Origin: Saprolegnia diclina VS20
Lineage: Eukaryota
Reading direction: 5' to 3'
DNA: 20,000 nucleotides
Assembly: GCF_000281045.1 (NCBI RefSeq)
Contig: NW_008246078.1
Location: forward strand, 937,657 to 957,656
Shown here piece by piece: positions 1 through 10,150 of this stretch. Position 1 is the stretch's first letter. Each line of letters begins with the position of its first letter. The notes below the pieces were generated by a model. The model was not told the origin of the DNA and ran no database searches. It saw nothing but the letters and a program-made list of their open reading frames with translations. Both the position numbers and the translations under genes were made by a program.

Positions 1-520
1 CCCCAACCGCAACGGGGCCTTCTTGACACCGTGTCCTGACGACCCGCCGTGCCCGTACTGCCACATGAAGCTCTCTTCGGTATCTATGACTTGGCTCTGC
101 CCAACTCGAACGCCTTGAATAGTGTGGGAGCGCGTGCCAGGGCTGCAAGACGCCGTGCGGGCGCTGCGGCGCTTACCGCATGCGCCTCTACGATTTGCCG
201 GAGCGCGGCTTCCGCGACGACCAGCTCAAGCCGCCCATGGTGTCCATGGTACGACGACATGACACTAATTTCCAGCATGTGACAGCAAATGGGGTTTTGT
301 AGCGCGATTTCAAAAAGGTGTTGGAGCACTCGATCTCGAGCGTTGCGCCCGAAGAACTCAACCAGTTTGTCAAGTGGACGACCGAGTTTGGCCAAGAAGG
401 CTAGCTGCTGCTGCTTGTCGTTGCTGTGTCAGCTGGCCTTTTTCACGTACCTAACCTTTTCCACTAACCTAACCTACCCCTTGCCGCAAAATTATGTGAC
501 GTCCTGGGAACACAACAGTA

Positions 521-2124
521 CTAGTACGCTGGAGCGGTGGCTGCCCGTGTCTCGAGCGCCTTCATGTCGGTCTTGGCATTGGTCTCTTGCGTCTACAGCG
601 CCATGAGGTTCGCCGTCTCCTCCTCGAGCTTTGTCTTGGCCTCTGCGAGCGCCGACTNNNNNNNNNNNNNNNNNNNNNNNNNNNNNNNNNNNNNNNNNNN
701 NNNNNNNNNNNNNNNNNNNNNNNNNNNNNNNNNNNNNNNNNNNNNNNNNNNNNNNNNNNNNNNNNNNNNNNNNNNNNNNNNNNNNNNNNNNNNNNNNNNN
801 NNNNNNNNNNNNNNNNNNNNNNNNNNNNNNNNNNNNNNNNNNNNNNNNNNNNNNNNNNNNNNNNNNNNNNNNNNNNNNNNNNNNNNNNNNNNNNNNNNNN
901 NNNNNNNNNNNNNNNNNNNNNNNNNNNNNNNNNNNNNNNNNNNNNNNNNNNNNNNNNNNNNNNNNNNNNNNNNNNNNNNNNNNNNNNNNNNNNNNNNNNN
1001 NNNNNNNNNNNNNNNNNNNNNNNNNNNNNNNNNNNNNNNNNNNNNNNNNNNNNNNNNNNNNNNNNNNNNNNNNNNNNNNNNNNNNNNNNNNNNNNNNNNN
1101 NNNNNNNNNNNNNNNNNNNNNNNNNNNNNNNNNNNNNNNNNNNNNNNNNNNNNNNNNNNNNNNNNNNNNNNNNNNNNNNNNNNNNNNNNNNNNNNNNNNN
1201 NNNNNNNNNNNNNNNNNNNNNNNNNNNNNNNNNNNNNNNNNNNNNNNNNNNNNNNNNNNNNNNNNNNNNNNNNNNNNNNNNNNNNNNNNNNNNNNNNNNN
1301 NNNNNNNNNNNNNNNNNNNNNNNNNNNNNNNNNNNNNNNNNNNNNNNNNNNNNNNNNNNNNNNNNNNNNNNNNNNNNNNNNNNNNNNNNNNNNNNNNNNN
1401 NNNNNNNNNNNNNNNNNNNNNNNNNNNNNNNNNNNNNNNNNNNNNNNNNNNNNNNNNNNNNNNNNNNNNNNNNNNNNNNNNNNNNNNNNNNNNNNNNNNN
1501 NNNNNNNNNNNNNNNNNNNNNNNNNNNNNNNNNNNNNNNNNNNNNNNNNNNNNNNNNNNNNNNNCAAGCGGCTCGAGATCGGCGTCGTGCTGGGCATGGG
1601 CAAGGACAACCTCCGAGGAGGGGGTCTTAGCCGTGTCCTGCGACGCGTCGAGGCAGGCTTGGAGGATGACGACCTGCGCTTGGAGAGTTGCGACTTCCGA
1701 ACGCAGCTGACCGAGGATCGCCTCAGTCGTGGCCGTCGATGCCGCGCTGATCGGCGTGGCATTCGTCGTAGAACTTGACTAAGCAGTCGCGACGCTCGTC
1801 ACCGGTGTGCGACGCTGCGCGGCGGTGGTCGAGCTGCGGCTGCTTGCCGTCAGAGGTTGCACCGCCGTCGTGGCGGGCGTTGGCGTCGACCGAATCGTCA
1901 GTCGCACACTCGACTGCGCGAGCGACAGTCACCGGGACAGCTGCCGTCGCATGCTGGGGGACAACCGTCGGGGTCGTGCTGCGCCCGAACGCGGTTGCAC
2001 GCGAACCTTGGTTCGCGGCCGCCGTCGGGCGTGGCTTTCGCATGAGGCCATCTTCAGCCACCAACTTGGCCTCCGCGAGCTTTGCAGCGCGCTTGTGGTA
2101 GTAGAGCGGGTCGTAGAGGGACAT
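521..2124 (-). pseudogene. Disrupted S/T-rich plus coiled-coil protein gene spanning the assembly gap
   Basis: Starts MSLYDPLYYHKRAAKLAEAKL at 2124. The protein-like reading shifts frame near 1930-1900 to ...LTIRSTPTPATTAVQPLTASSRSSTTAAQRRTPVTSVATA*SSSTTNATPISAASTATTEAILGQLRSEVATLQAQVVILQACLDASQD, with an in-frame TAG at 1779-1781. Left of the gap it reads SALAEAKTKLEEETANLMAL*TQETNAKTDMKALETRAATAPAY*, with an in-frame TAG at 593-595. The lesions could be errors near the gap or unrecognised introns, and linking the two sides is an inference. Confidence 0.45.
658..1564. other. Assembly gap (907 N)
   Basis: Continuous run of n; ORFs crossing it are artefacts. Confidence 1.
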
Positions 2125-2835
2125 GCGATTTTGTTTTCTGAGGCATCGAGATCACTTGCGCCGCCGAGTCTGTAAAGGCGTTCAAGCCATCGCCGCGCTG
2201 CGTGTACTTGGAGTTTGTATCGCGCGCTGGAGAAGCGTGGCCTGCGACGCTGCGTCTTGGCAAAGGCGCTCGAAGCAGCGCGCTTTTGCACTCTCGGAGG
2301 CGCCATCGCTCACGTCGGGCTGGCTACCGTGCTCGGCGCTCGCTGGTCTCAAAAAGCCAATGGTCGGAAAATATTTTCAAGGCGTTAATTGCCCGTGTAC
2401 AAAAGTCGTTTCGTACCTAATTGAATTGTGCAGCGTTACTATCCCAATACGTGGCAGCGTATTATCGTCGCATTGGAGTTTTGGACGCTATGCATTCCGT
2501 GGCGCCGCGCCAAATACATTTCGAGCACGTCGACTGACGCGCGATTCTAGCACGATGACAATCATGCGTCCACAGTGTACAGATTGTCTGGTGCTGTCCA
2601 CAGCAATTGTATTTGCCAGCTACGTATATCGCAGGGAAGCTTCGATAGGACGCTTCTCGCTGGCGCTGGCGACTGTGGCGTTGTACACCGGACCGTTTCT
2701 AGCTGCGATTATAGTCCTCGGAAAGACGAGACGCTCGCAGCCACGAACGACATGCTCGCAACCCTACCCCTAGTCGACGTTGCACAGTTCGTATACCAGT
2801 ATTATAGAACATTAACGACTCGTATGTAAGGGGTG

Positions 2836-4482
2836 CTAGACAAAATGATTCGACTCGTCGTCCTCGTCACTGCTCTCGTCGGCGGCAATGTCGGCTTCGA
2901 GATGAGCATTCGCGACGACGTCGGCGACCACGTCCACGGGCCAGACCGACCGGTTGAGCTGAAGAAAGAGAAGTGTCTCAATGTTGGTGGGCAGCACACC
3001 GTTCTTGGCAGTCGCAAACGCGTGCTGAATCCGATTGGCCGTTGCTGGCAGCACTTTCAAAATCTCCAAGTACTTGTCGTCCGCCTCAAGGCGAGCGCGC
3101 TTGAGGAGCCGTGTCGCATAGTCGGTTTCCAAGCCCGCGAGCGCAGTCGCGACGGGCGACTCAAAGTCGCGAAGGGCGGCGCGGTCGGTCGCCTGGAGCT
3201 TGACGCCTTGCTGGAGCTTGACGACGGCTTTCTCAAAAGCCGGTGACTCGACGCCGTCAGCGTTGAGAAAGGGTGACAAGCTCGAGTAGTCGAGAAGAAG
3301 GCTATCCAGCAGCTGTCGCACGTCCGAGAGGCTGGTCCGCTCCGTTTGCAAAAGATGGTTGGCGACCGAGTTGAGGTTGACGAGATGCTCCAGGAGCGAC
3401 CGAAGCACAGTCTCGTCATGTGCCGTCACAGCGTCCAAAAGATGCGCGTACGTACCGGATGCGGCGAGGAGCGGGCGCAGCTTGAAGAAGCGCTGGAGCA
3501 TCGCCAGCGTCGAGGGCCACGTCTTGGCGTCGTCTTCGAGAATCGGGTACAACTCACGCATGCTGCGGTACCGAATGCCGGTGCGAAGCCGCTGGAGCTC
3601 GTTCATGAGGTCGCGGACCGCGTTGATCGCGTCCGCTTTGGCCGGCGTTGCTAGAAACGCGAGGATGGCAGCGTCCAAGCGCGAGCTGGCGCACGTCACC
3701 ATGGGCACGTCCATATCGTCAGCGATGGTCCTGAACGGCGACTCGACGGACGCAATCATGCACAAGATGTCGGCGCGCGTCCGCTTCAAGTCGGCTAACA
3801 CATAGTCGAGAAAGGCGGCGTACTCGACCTCGCAGCCGGCTTCGTTCGGCGTCGTGTCGTGGTACAGTGCCAGCAGTGGCATCTGCAACTCGTTCTTGAG
3901 CGCGTAGGCTGCAAAGAGACCGAGGAACGGCGCGCCGGTCTCGCTCACGCAGCGCTCGACGACCAGCGCAAATGTTGGCGGCAGGGCCGCCCGGACGTCG
4001 GCTTGGACGCGCCGCGTGACAAGGCGGAGGTACTTGCGCAGCTTCTTGGGCTCGATGCGGTCGAGCTTGATGTACATGTGGGCGCCCGCCATCTCGGCAA
4101 AGTCCATTGGCAAGTGCGCCCCAACGATCCAGTCGAGGTAGTTGTGCACGGTCGCACCCAATGACGCCTTGGAGCGCAGCGACGTCGAGCTCGGCCGGTC
4201 CATGGCCGCGGTCGGCGGCGGCGGCAACGACGTCATGAGCGTCGCGTAGTCCTTGTGCTGCGAATACACGTGCTGCGCGAGGTTGTTGTAGCCCGCATTG
4301 CGCTGGATGGTCACGATGTGCGGCGACGGGCAGTGGAGACACTGGTAGCGCTCAGTGATCTTGGTCAGGCCCGTCTTCGTGTCGACGACCGAGCCTTCGC
4401 CGAGCTTGGCGAAGTAGAAGAGCGCAATCTGCTTGGGCGAGAAGGTCGGGCCCGTCGCAAGCGGGGACGGCTTGGTGCGCAT
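2836..4482 (-). CDS. BED zinc-finger, hAT-transposase-derived protein (548 aa), predicted catalytically inactive
   Basis: Intact intronless ORF. BED-type finger C48-x2-C51-x19-H71-x4-H76 (YQCLHC...GYNNLAQHVYSQH). hAT-like blocks in order: WIVGAHLPMDF, FALVVERC (DxW position), CMIASV (second D), VPMVTCASSRLDAAI (CxxH), KTWPSTLAMLQRF (RW), LPATANRIQHAFATAK (SxxxERxFS), IETLLFL (C-terminal block). Acidic tail. Confidence 0.85.
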   Translation of the reverse strand: MRTKPSPLATGPTFSPKQIALFYFAKLGEGSVVDTKTGLTKITERYQCLHCPSPHIVTIQRNAGYNNLAQHVYSQHKDYATLMTSLPPPPTAAMDRPSSTSLRSKASLGATVHNYLDWIVGAHLPMDFAEMAGAHMYIKLDRIEPKKLRKYLRLVTRRVQADVRAALPPTFALVVERCVSETGAPFLGLFAAYALKNELQMPLLALYHDTTPNEAGCEVEYAAFLDYVLADLKRTRADILCMIASVESPFRTIADDMDVPMVTCASSRLDAAILAFLATPAKADAINAVRDLMNELQRLRTGIRYRSMRELYPILEDDAKTWPSTLAMLQRFFKLRPLLAASGTYAHLLDAVTAHDETVLRSLLEHLVNLNSVANHLLQTERTSLSDVRQLLDSLLLDYSSLSPFLNADGVESPAFEKAVVKLQQGVKLQATDRAALRDFESPVATALAGLETDYATRLLKRARLEADDKYLEILKVLPATANRIQHAFATAKNGVLPTNIETLLFLQLNRSVWPVDVVADVVANAHLEADIAADESSDEDDESNHFV

Positions 4483-4557
4483 GCTAACAATTACCGGTAC
4501 GATCTATTGGTGCGCAGAGCAATACGAAAACCTCTTGCATTTCATACGTGGGAAGTA

Positions 4558-4618
4558 TATTGCAATGTTGCCTTATTGCAATATATTATTTGTGGGAGGG
4601 TGTGACAATTATTGCAAT
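4558..4618. repeat. Three TATTGCAAT copies (palindromic core ATTGCAAT) in an AT-rich patch
   Basis: Copies at 4558-4566, 4574-4582 and 4610-4618, in the divergent intergenic region between the hAT-derived gene and the sphingomyelinase-like gene. Confidence 0.8.
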
Positions 4619-4855
4619 TATACGAGATATTGTCGGCGTGCGGACAGTGCTCGTGGCGCTTTGGGATGCGACGCCAAGCGATGAGCTCCTTCTTCGTCGT
4701 GCACTCCTTGATGAAAGGATATGACAGAGCGTGCAGCAAGATCCGAGGAGACGACCCTATGTGCTGGGCCATCAACTTCGTTGAATGTCCGGATACGGCG
4801 ATGGGCGTTGTATCCGGATGTCATCCGCATTCCGGCGAATCTTTGATTTTTTGGG

Positions 4856-6686
4856 ATGGCCGCGGTCAGCGCGCATGGGCTCGCCGTATGGAAGGAGCAC
4901 CGGCGCATGTTCCTCGCATCGATGGGCATCGTCTTCATGGGCCTCGTCTTCTTCCTCGTGACGACCTCCGGCGTCTCGCCGTTCCCGCCGCCCTCGCCGC
5001 CCTCGCCGCCCTTTATGACGTTCAACGTTCTCCAGGTAGTTCTTCGTGGCGAGACGACGGCGCTTATGGCCGGCTAGTACAACATCTTTGACCGGCCATA
5101 TGCAGTGTCCCACGACGGCCAGGCCGAGCGCCTCGCCCGCATCCCGCAGTCGATTCTGACGCTATGCCCGCACTCGTGCGGCGGCGTCGACGTCGTGACC
5201 TTCGCCGAGAGCGACATCGAGTCGGACCGCAACGTCATGCTCGAGGCCTTCACCCAAGCCGGATACCTCTACCACACGACGATTCTTGCCGAGACGGACC
5301 CGTTCACAAGGTACCGTCATCCATCAGAGCTAACCATTTTCATGCGCTCTCTGGCAGCTTGATCAACGGCGGCGTGCTCATCGTGTCCAAGTGGCCGATT
5401 CTCCGCGAGGCCCAGCACATCTACCGCGGCGCGTGCCATTACTCGGACTGCCTCGCGGCAAAAGGCGTCAAGTACGCGCGTGTCAACAAGACGGTCGACG
5501 GCGTCTCGAAGGCCTTCAACGTCTTTGCCACCCACATGCAGGTACGAGATTCGCTTGGTGCTACGCTGCTTCATCCCTCCTGCGCAGGCGTGGTCGACGA
5601 AAGAGGGCATGGAAGACCGCATCAAGCAAGCGCAACAGGTAGATTCTCTCCGATGGCATCTATGTAGCTCTCGAATGCATCTAGTTTTACGACTTTGCTC
5701 AAGCGTTGACGATTCCACATACCGAGGTACTTGCACTCACGTTGCATGTACGAAGATGCATATGTGTAGCCGATGGTGTTTGCCGGCGACTTTAACGTCG
5801 ACAACCACTCGTTCCCGGACGAAGTGGCCAACCTCGTGCGGCTCTTGCATGCAGCAACACCGACGCGCGTCGGCAGCGAGCTCTTCACCAGCGAGTACGT
5901 GCATCGTGTCATATGTATTCGAGTCGACGCATGTCTAGTCCGCATCTCAACCTGCTCGTGGGCCGGGACGGCGCGGCCAAGTCGGACAAGTGCCTCGACC
6001 AATACGTGGCGAGCTGGGGACCCCTCCACGTACGACGACGTGACGGCGTGTTGTGCATATGGTGCGAAGACGATGTGACGTGGAATAGGACAAGGTGTAC
6101 ACGCCCAACTACCTCACGCGCCTCACGTGTGGCGCTCAAGTCGTATCAAATGCCTCCCGCACGAGCCTCGTGTTTCGGGACCCGTCGACCGCCATGTGTT
6201 TTTGTCCGTGCTGTCCGTCCGAGTGGCTCGACTACGTTCTGTATGCCCAGCGTAAGTTCTTATTGTCTTCTAGCGTGTGTGACACCCACGCGTGCAGCAC
6301 CGTACCAGCAGCCCATCGGTGTCCCCACGCTCGAGTCGATCGTCAACCAAGTGCCGGCGGCGTTTCCCGTCCAATGGAGCGGTCCGTCGTTCGTGCCGTC
6401 GTCGGCCGATGCCGCCTCGTTGGCGCTTGTGGACCTCTCGGACCATTTCCCGGTCCTTGGCAAGTTTAAGTTTCCGCTCAATGCGACCGAGCCGGTCATG
6501 CACCTCGACGGGTGCTCCAACAACGACGACTGCCGCTTTCATAGCCTTCGGTGCTACTGCGAGGGCCCGGGCTGCTACTTTAATGGCAGCCACATTGATG
6601 GCGGTACACTGCCGTCCGACCACCCGGTCAACAAGAACTGCATCTTGCTCAAGACGCGCTTTGTTTGCGCATGCGGCCCCACCTAA
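4856..6686 (+). CDS. Neutral sphingomyelinase / phospholipase C-like EEP-superfamily enzyme with N-terminal signal anchor and Cys-rich C-terminus (9 exons)
   Basis: Exons 4856-5035, 5078-5310, 5358-5541, 5588-5638, 5685-5726, 5770-5894, 5939-6029, 6089-6251, 6298-6686. All introns are GT-AG (42-59 nt) and phases join. EEP motifs: LQYNIF, DVVTFAE, NGGVLIVSKWPI, DCLAAKGVKYARV, ATHMQA, FAGDFNV, WLDYVL, LSDHFPV. These resemble bacterial sphingomyelinase C. Substrate is inferred. Confidence 0.85.
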
Positions 6687-6996
6687 GCATGCTCGTGTCG
6701 TATCACCGAGTTGATGGTCGCGTCGACGTTATCCGGTCGAGTTAAGCTCTTGTGTTGAACATGACATGGGCAACTCAGTAACTCTGCAAGTTAACTCCTT
6801 GGTTACTTGACAAAATGTACTGCGTTCACACTCTTGCCGAACGAGCCGTGTCGATCAACGTACTAAACTTCATGCGCCGGGGACATCGAGGGTACTCGTA
6901 TGCCACTGTGACGCAGCGCATCAGCGACGACGTGTCGTTGGTGTCGTTGAAAGGGTTGTTAATTCGGCTCGATGCTGCTCCCTACTGGTCTTGCGC

Positions 6997-7371
6997 ATGA
7001 ATGAAGACGCTCCTGCCAACATTGCCGCCGTTCGCAGCTCCCTGCTTTTAGGCTGCACCAAGCTCGCGTTGCCGATCGTCCTGCACCGCGACCTCCAGTC
7101 GTTGACGCCGCCACAGTCGCTGGCGTCTATCGATGACCTCAAGGAACTGCGTAGCTTTGCCGCCAATCGCGACGCCAGGAAGAACTTGACAGAGCTTGTC
7201 ATCAGGGGCCTCACTCGCGCCCCAGGTGACTACATGAGAGCAAGACGAGCCCCCGCGCCGCCGCCTGCGCAGCAACGGCCCGGCGGGCGAATGAAGAAGA
7301 AGGAGATTGCTAATCTCTCTGTATGCGAAGTCTTTGTGATGAAGATAACACGAAACATGTTCCTATACTAG
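6997..7371 (+). CDS. Possible short hypothetical protein or gene fragment
   Basis: 124-codon ORF (MNEDAPANIAAVRSSLLLGCTKLALPIVLHRDLQ...) with a protein-like N-terminal half; no recognised family. Confidence 0.25.
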   Translation: MNEDAPANIAAVRSSLLLGCTKLALPIVLHRDLQSLTPPQSLASIDDLKELRSFAANRDARKNLTELVIRGLTRAPGDYMRARRAPAPPPAQQRPGGRMKKKEIANLSVCEVFVMKITRNMFLY

Positions 7372-7767
7372 TATATACTAGTCTTGCGGTTCCATGGCAT
7401 GCTCGTGGCCGGACCATCCTAGCACCCGAACCATATCTTGATCAAATTCAGTTTCACGCTCGCGGCGTCGAGTCTGCGTCTCCTCGCAAAGGACGTGGGC
7501 CGCACACGCGCAATATACCATGCAGGACTTGCCGATGGGGCGTCAGCAACCGTCTCTTGGAGCTGTGGGTTCGTGCACATAGGCTCAAGTGTTTTGCTAA
7601 ACTCGGTCGCTAATCGTCACTCACTAGGTCGTTAACCGTGACTCACACAGCTAACAACAATGAGACGAATTTGTGGACTTGGTCTGTGTCCTTCAGGTTT
7701 TGACAAGTAGTATTCTCTAAGTGGCGTTGAGGACCTCGTCTTGCCGTGTCTCTCAACAGCGACAGGC

Positions 7768-8247
7768 TTAGTCGCGGCGCTTGTGGCGCTTCTTGGCACT
7801 GCGGCGGTCGTCGTCGCTGTCGCTGTCGCTGCTGCTACTGCTGTCGTATCGTTTTCGCTTCTTCTTTTTGCTGTCCTTGGCCTTCTTGGCCTTCTTCTTG
7901 CTGCTCTTCTTGGCCCGCTTGTCTTCGTCTGAATCGCTGCTGCAGATGGCCGCGAGCGCCTGCGGGTTGAGGCCGCTGCCGCTGTGCACGTCCTTGGCTT
8001 TTGATGACGATTTCTTGGATGACTTGCGCTTCTTCTCGCGGACCTTGTCAAGGTCGTCCTTGTACTGGGACGACTTGGCCTCGAGCGTCGCTTCGCTCGT
8101 CTCCTTGCGCAGCTTGGCCAGCTGGCTACCAACCATCGTGTCGTACATGCGCTGCAGCGCGAGCTCCTTGGCCGAGACGGCGCCGGCGGCCGCCACGTGC
8201 ACCTTGCACTTGCCGAGGTAGCACTGCGGGCAGCGCGTGCTCGCCAT
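7768..8247 (-). CDS. Lys/Ser/Asp-rich small protein with an N-terminal CxxC-x4-CxxH motif, probably nuclear (159 aa)
   Basis: ATG at 8247 (MASTRCPQCYLGKCKVH), helical middle, low-complexity tail (KKSSKKKAKKAKDSKKKKRKRYDSSSSSDSDSDDD). Strong G/C third-position bias; CCAAT/ATTGG boxes lie just upstream. Confidence 0.8.
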   Translation of the reverse strand: MASTRCPQCYLGKCKVHVAAAGAVSAKELALQRMYDTMVGSQLAKLRKETSEATLEAKSSQYKDDLDKVREKKRKSSKKSSSKAKDVHSGSGLNPQALAAICSSDSDEDKRAKKSSKKKAKKAKDSKKKKRKRYDSSSSSDSDSDDDRRSAKKRHKRRD

Positions 8248-8684
8248 CGTCAACCTGCAACAATTGGCCAATCAGAAACGCCGTCAGTTCCTCCTCGTTG
8301 ATTGGCGCTAGTAGCGGTGGAAAAGCCAGTGATGACGCAATCACTGCCGCCACGGTGGCAACAGCAGCATGAACCGTTGCCTCGCAGCGCCGACTTGTGG
8401 CGAGGTGGCGAAGGTAAGAGTCTGCATCCACTGCACTCAAATGGTCCTCGCAGTGGAGTCGCGTGGGCGCTGTGTCTCGTCTTAGCGCTGGGGCGCCATA
8501 CGTGTAGTACTAGACTACTGGATGCAAAGTGATCCGAGCATTGCTTTCGAGGAGGGCTCGTTGCGACACGATCATTGCGGCTCGAGCCCAGAGCGGCTAG
8601 CGGCGTATCTTGCGAGATTGAGAATCGAATGATTATGATGGTGGCGCTCAACTCGAAGGGACGCGCGGCGAAACGACCATTCTC

Positions 8685-9247
8685 ATGCCAGCTCGGAGCC
8701 TCGAGAGCCGCCTGCGCGCCGAGGTGCCGCCCAACCTCCGCTGCATCGAGGAGACGATCGCGTCGTTGCCGGCGCACCTCCGAGGTCCGGTGGACGCGCG
8801 GCCGCTGCGCATGTATTACTTGGAGTCGGCCATCCACACATACCGCGAGAACGACCACCTCCAGCCGTCGCCGCAATACGTCGACTGGGCCGCGTCGAGC
8901 GTGCTGCTCGCGGACCCGCGCTTTCGGTCTCTTGCACTCATGTCTGATAGTATCTTATTCGCAATGGTAGTCTCTTGCGACTCTCGACGGCCGAGGCGCA
9001 GGCGCTCGCCGTGCAGGAGTGGCGCACGCACCTGACGCGGTCCGTGTACCAAGCGCGTCTCAACCCGCACGAGATGCTCGACGGCCCGGTGGTGACGCGG
9101 TCGAAAAGCGGTGTCATCCGCGTCCAGGCCGAGCTTGGGCCCCACCAAGTCATCGACAGCATGAGCGCCGTGCCCATCAAGAAGCAAAGTAGGGCGGCCA
9201 AGACGTCCAAGGCGACCCGCATGAGCAGCCACAGCCAGCGCTCATAG
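8685..9247 (+). CDS. Hypothetical protein (2 exons)
   Basis: Exons 8685-8926 and 8971-9247 joined by a 44-nt GT-AG intron, giving ...LLADPRFR|LLRLSTAEAQALAVQEWRTHL.... Coding-like codon usage; no family recognised. Confidence 0.65.
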
Positions 9248-9647
9248 CTGCCGACGCCTTGTCCACCAGCACGGATAGATGGTCGGACAGGCTGTGGGAA
9301 AGTTCAAAAGGCTGCGTTTTTATACTGCCCGCGTTTGTTCCGACGGATGTTCGGTGAAGGCGTCTGTTTTTCGGTGGGCGATCGTCGAGCGGTCAGCAAC
9401 CGTCGCAGAGGAGCATCCTGCAGTGCTCGTAGGCTGTCGTCTGCAGTGCATGGGCCAGCGCATGGACAGGCGCCGAGTTTCTGCCCCAATGCTCGAAGGG
9501 TCATGGGCGACGGCGTGTGGCGCATGCGTGGGGTCGTTGGACGCGTGCGATGGGACTCGGCAGGTGCAGTCTCGACGTCGTCGCACAAGTGAAAGACGTG
9601 GATTGAGGAGATATGATTTACACTAAACTGATATAATAGAGGCGGGT

Positions 9648-10118
9648 TTACGCCGAGACCTTTTGCTGCTTGCTCTTGTAGTCATTGACCGCGGCCTTAA
9701 TCGCGTCTTCGGCGAGCATGCTGCAGTGGAGCTTGACGGGCGGCAGCTTCAAGTGGCTCGCAATGTCCGTGTTTTTGATCTTGAGGCAGTCATCAATGTT
9801 CTTGCCCTTGAGCCACTCGGTCGCGACCGATGAGGACGCAATCGCCGAGCCGCAGCCAAACGTCTTAAACTTGGAGTCGACAATCGTGCCATGCTCGTCC
9901 ACTTCGATCTGGAGCTTCATGACGTCGCCGCAGGCCGGCGCGCCGACAAGGCCCGTGCCCACGTTGGTCGCCTTCTTGTCGAGCGCGCCCACGTTGCGCG
10001 GGTTCTCGTAGTGGTCGATGATGTTCTCGTGGTACATGCGCACGGGGCCGGCGGCGCCGAGGGTCCGCGTCGGCAGGCGCAGCGCCTTGGTCATCGTCGA
10101 GCGCATCGTCATCATCAT
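9648..10118 (-). CDS. ISU1: Mitochondrial iron-sulfur cluster scaffold IscU/ISU1 (about 156 aa)
   Basis: YHENIIDHYENPRNVG, GAPACGDVMKLQI, FKTFGCGSAIASSS and LPPVKLHCSMLAEDAIKAA (three conserved Cys plus the Hsp70-binding LPPVK). Arg/Thr-rich, acid-free presequence. Which of the clustered Met codons starts it is uncertain. Confidence 0.97.
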   Translation of the reverse strand: MMMTMRSTMTKALRLPTRTLGAAGPVRMYHENIIDHYENPRNVGALDKKATNVGTGLVGAPACGDVMKLQIEVDEHGTIVDSKFKTFGCGSAIASSSVATEWLKGKNIDDCLKIKNTDIASHLKLPPVKLHCSMLAEDAIKAAVNDYKSKQQKVSA

Positions 10119-10150
10119 CGCAGTTGCTGTGGCTCGGTCGTTCGACTTGC

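Noticed and set aside
451..480. Telomeric repeat
   Set aside because: Only two to three imperfect CTAAC units, not a TTTAGGG or TTAGGG array.
537..1778. Long ORFs of 347-413 aa spanning the N run
   Set aside because: Artefacts of translating the assembly gap.
2555..2829. Small two-TM protein on the plus strand
   Set aside because: Hydrophobic stretches are present, but codon bias is weak and I found no consistent splice model or family.
2300..4850. Active hAT element with TIRs and 8-bp TSD
   Set aside because: No matching terminal inverted repeats seen by eye, and catalytic residues appear substituted.
7781..8221. Antisense and alternate-frame ORFs over real genes (also 2833-3246, 9685-10011, 12093-12740, 15880-16404)
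   Set aside because: Shadow ORFs expected from GC-rich codon usage.
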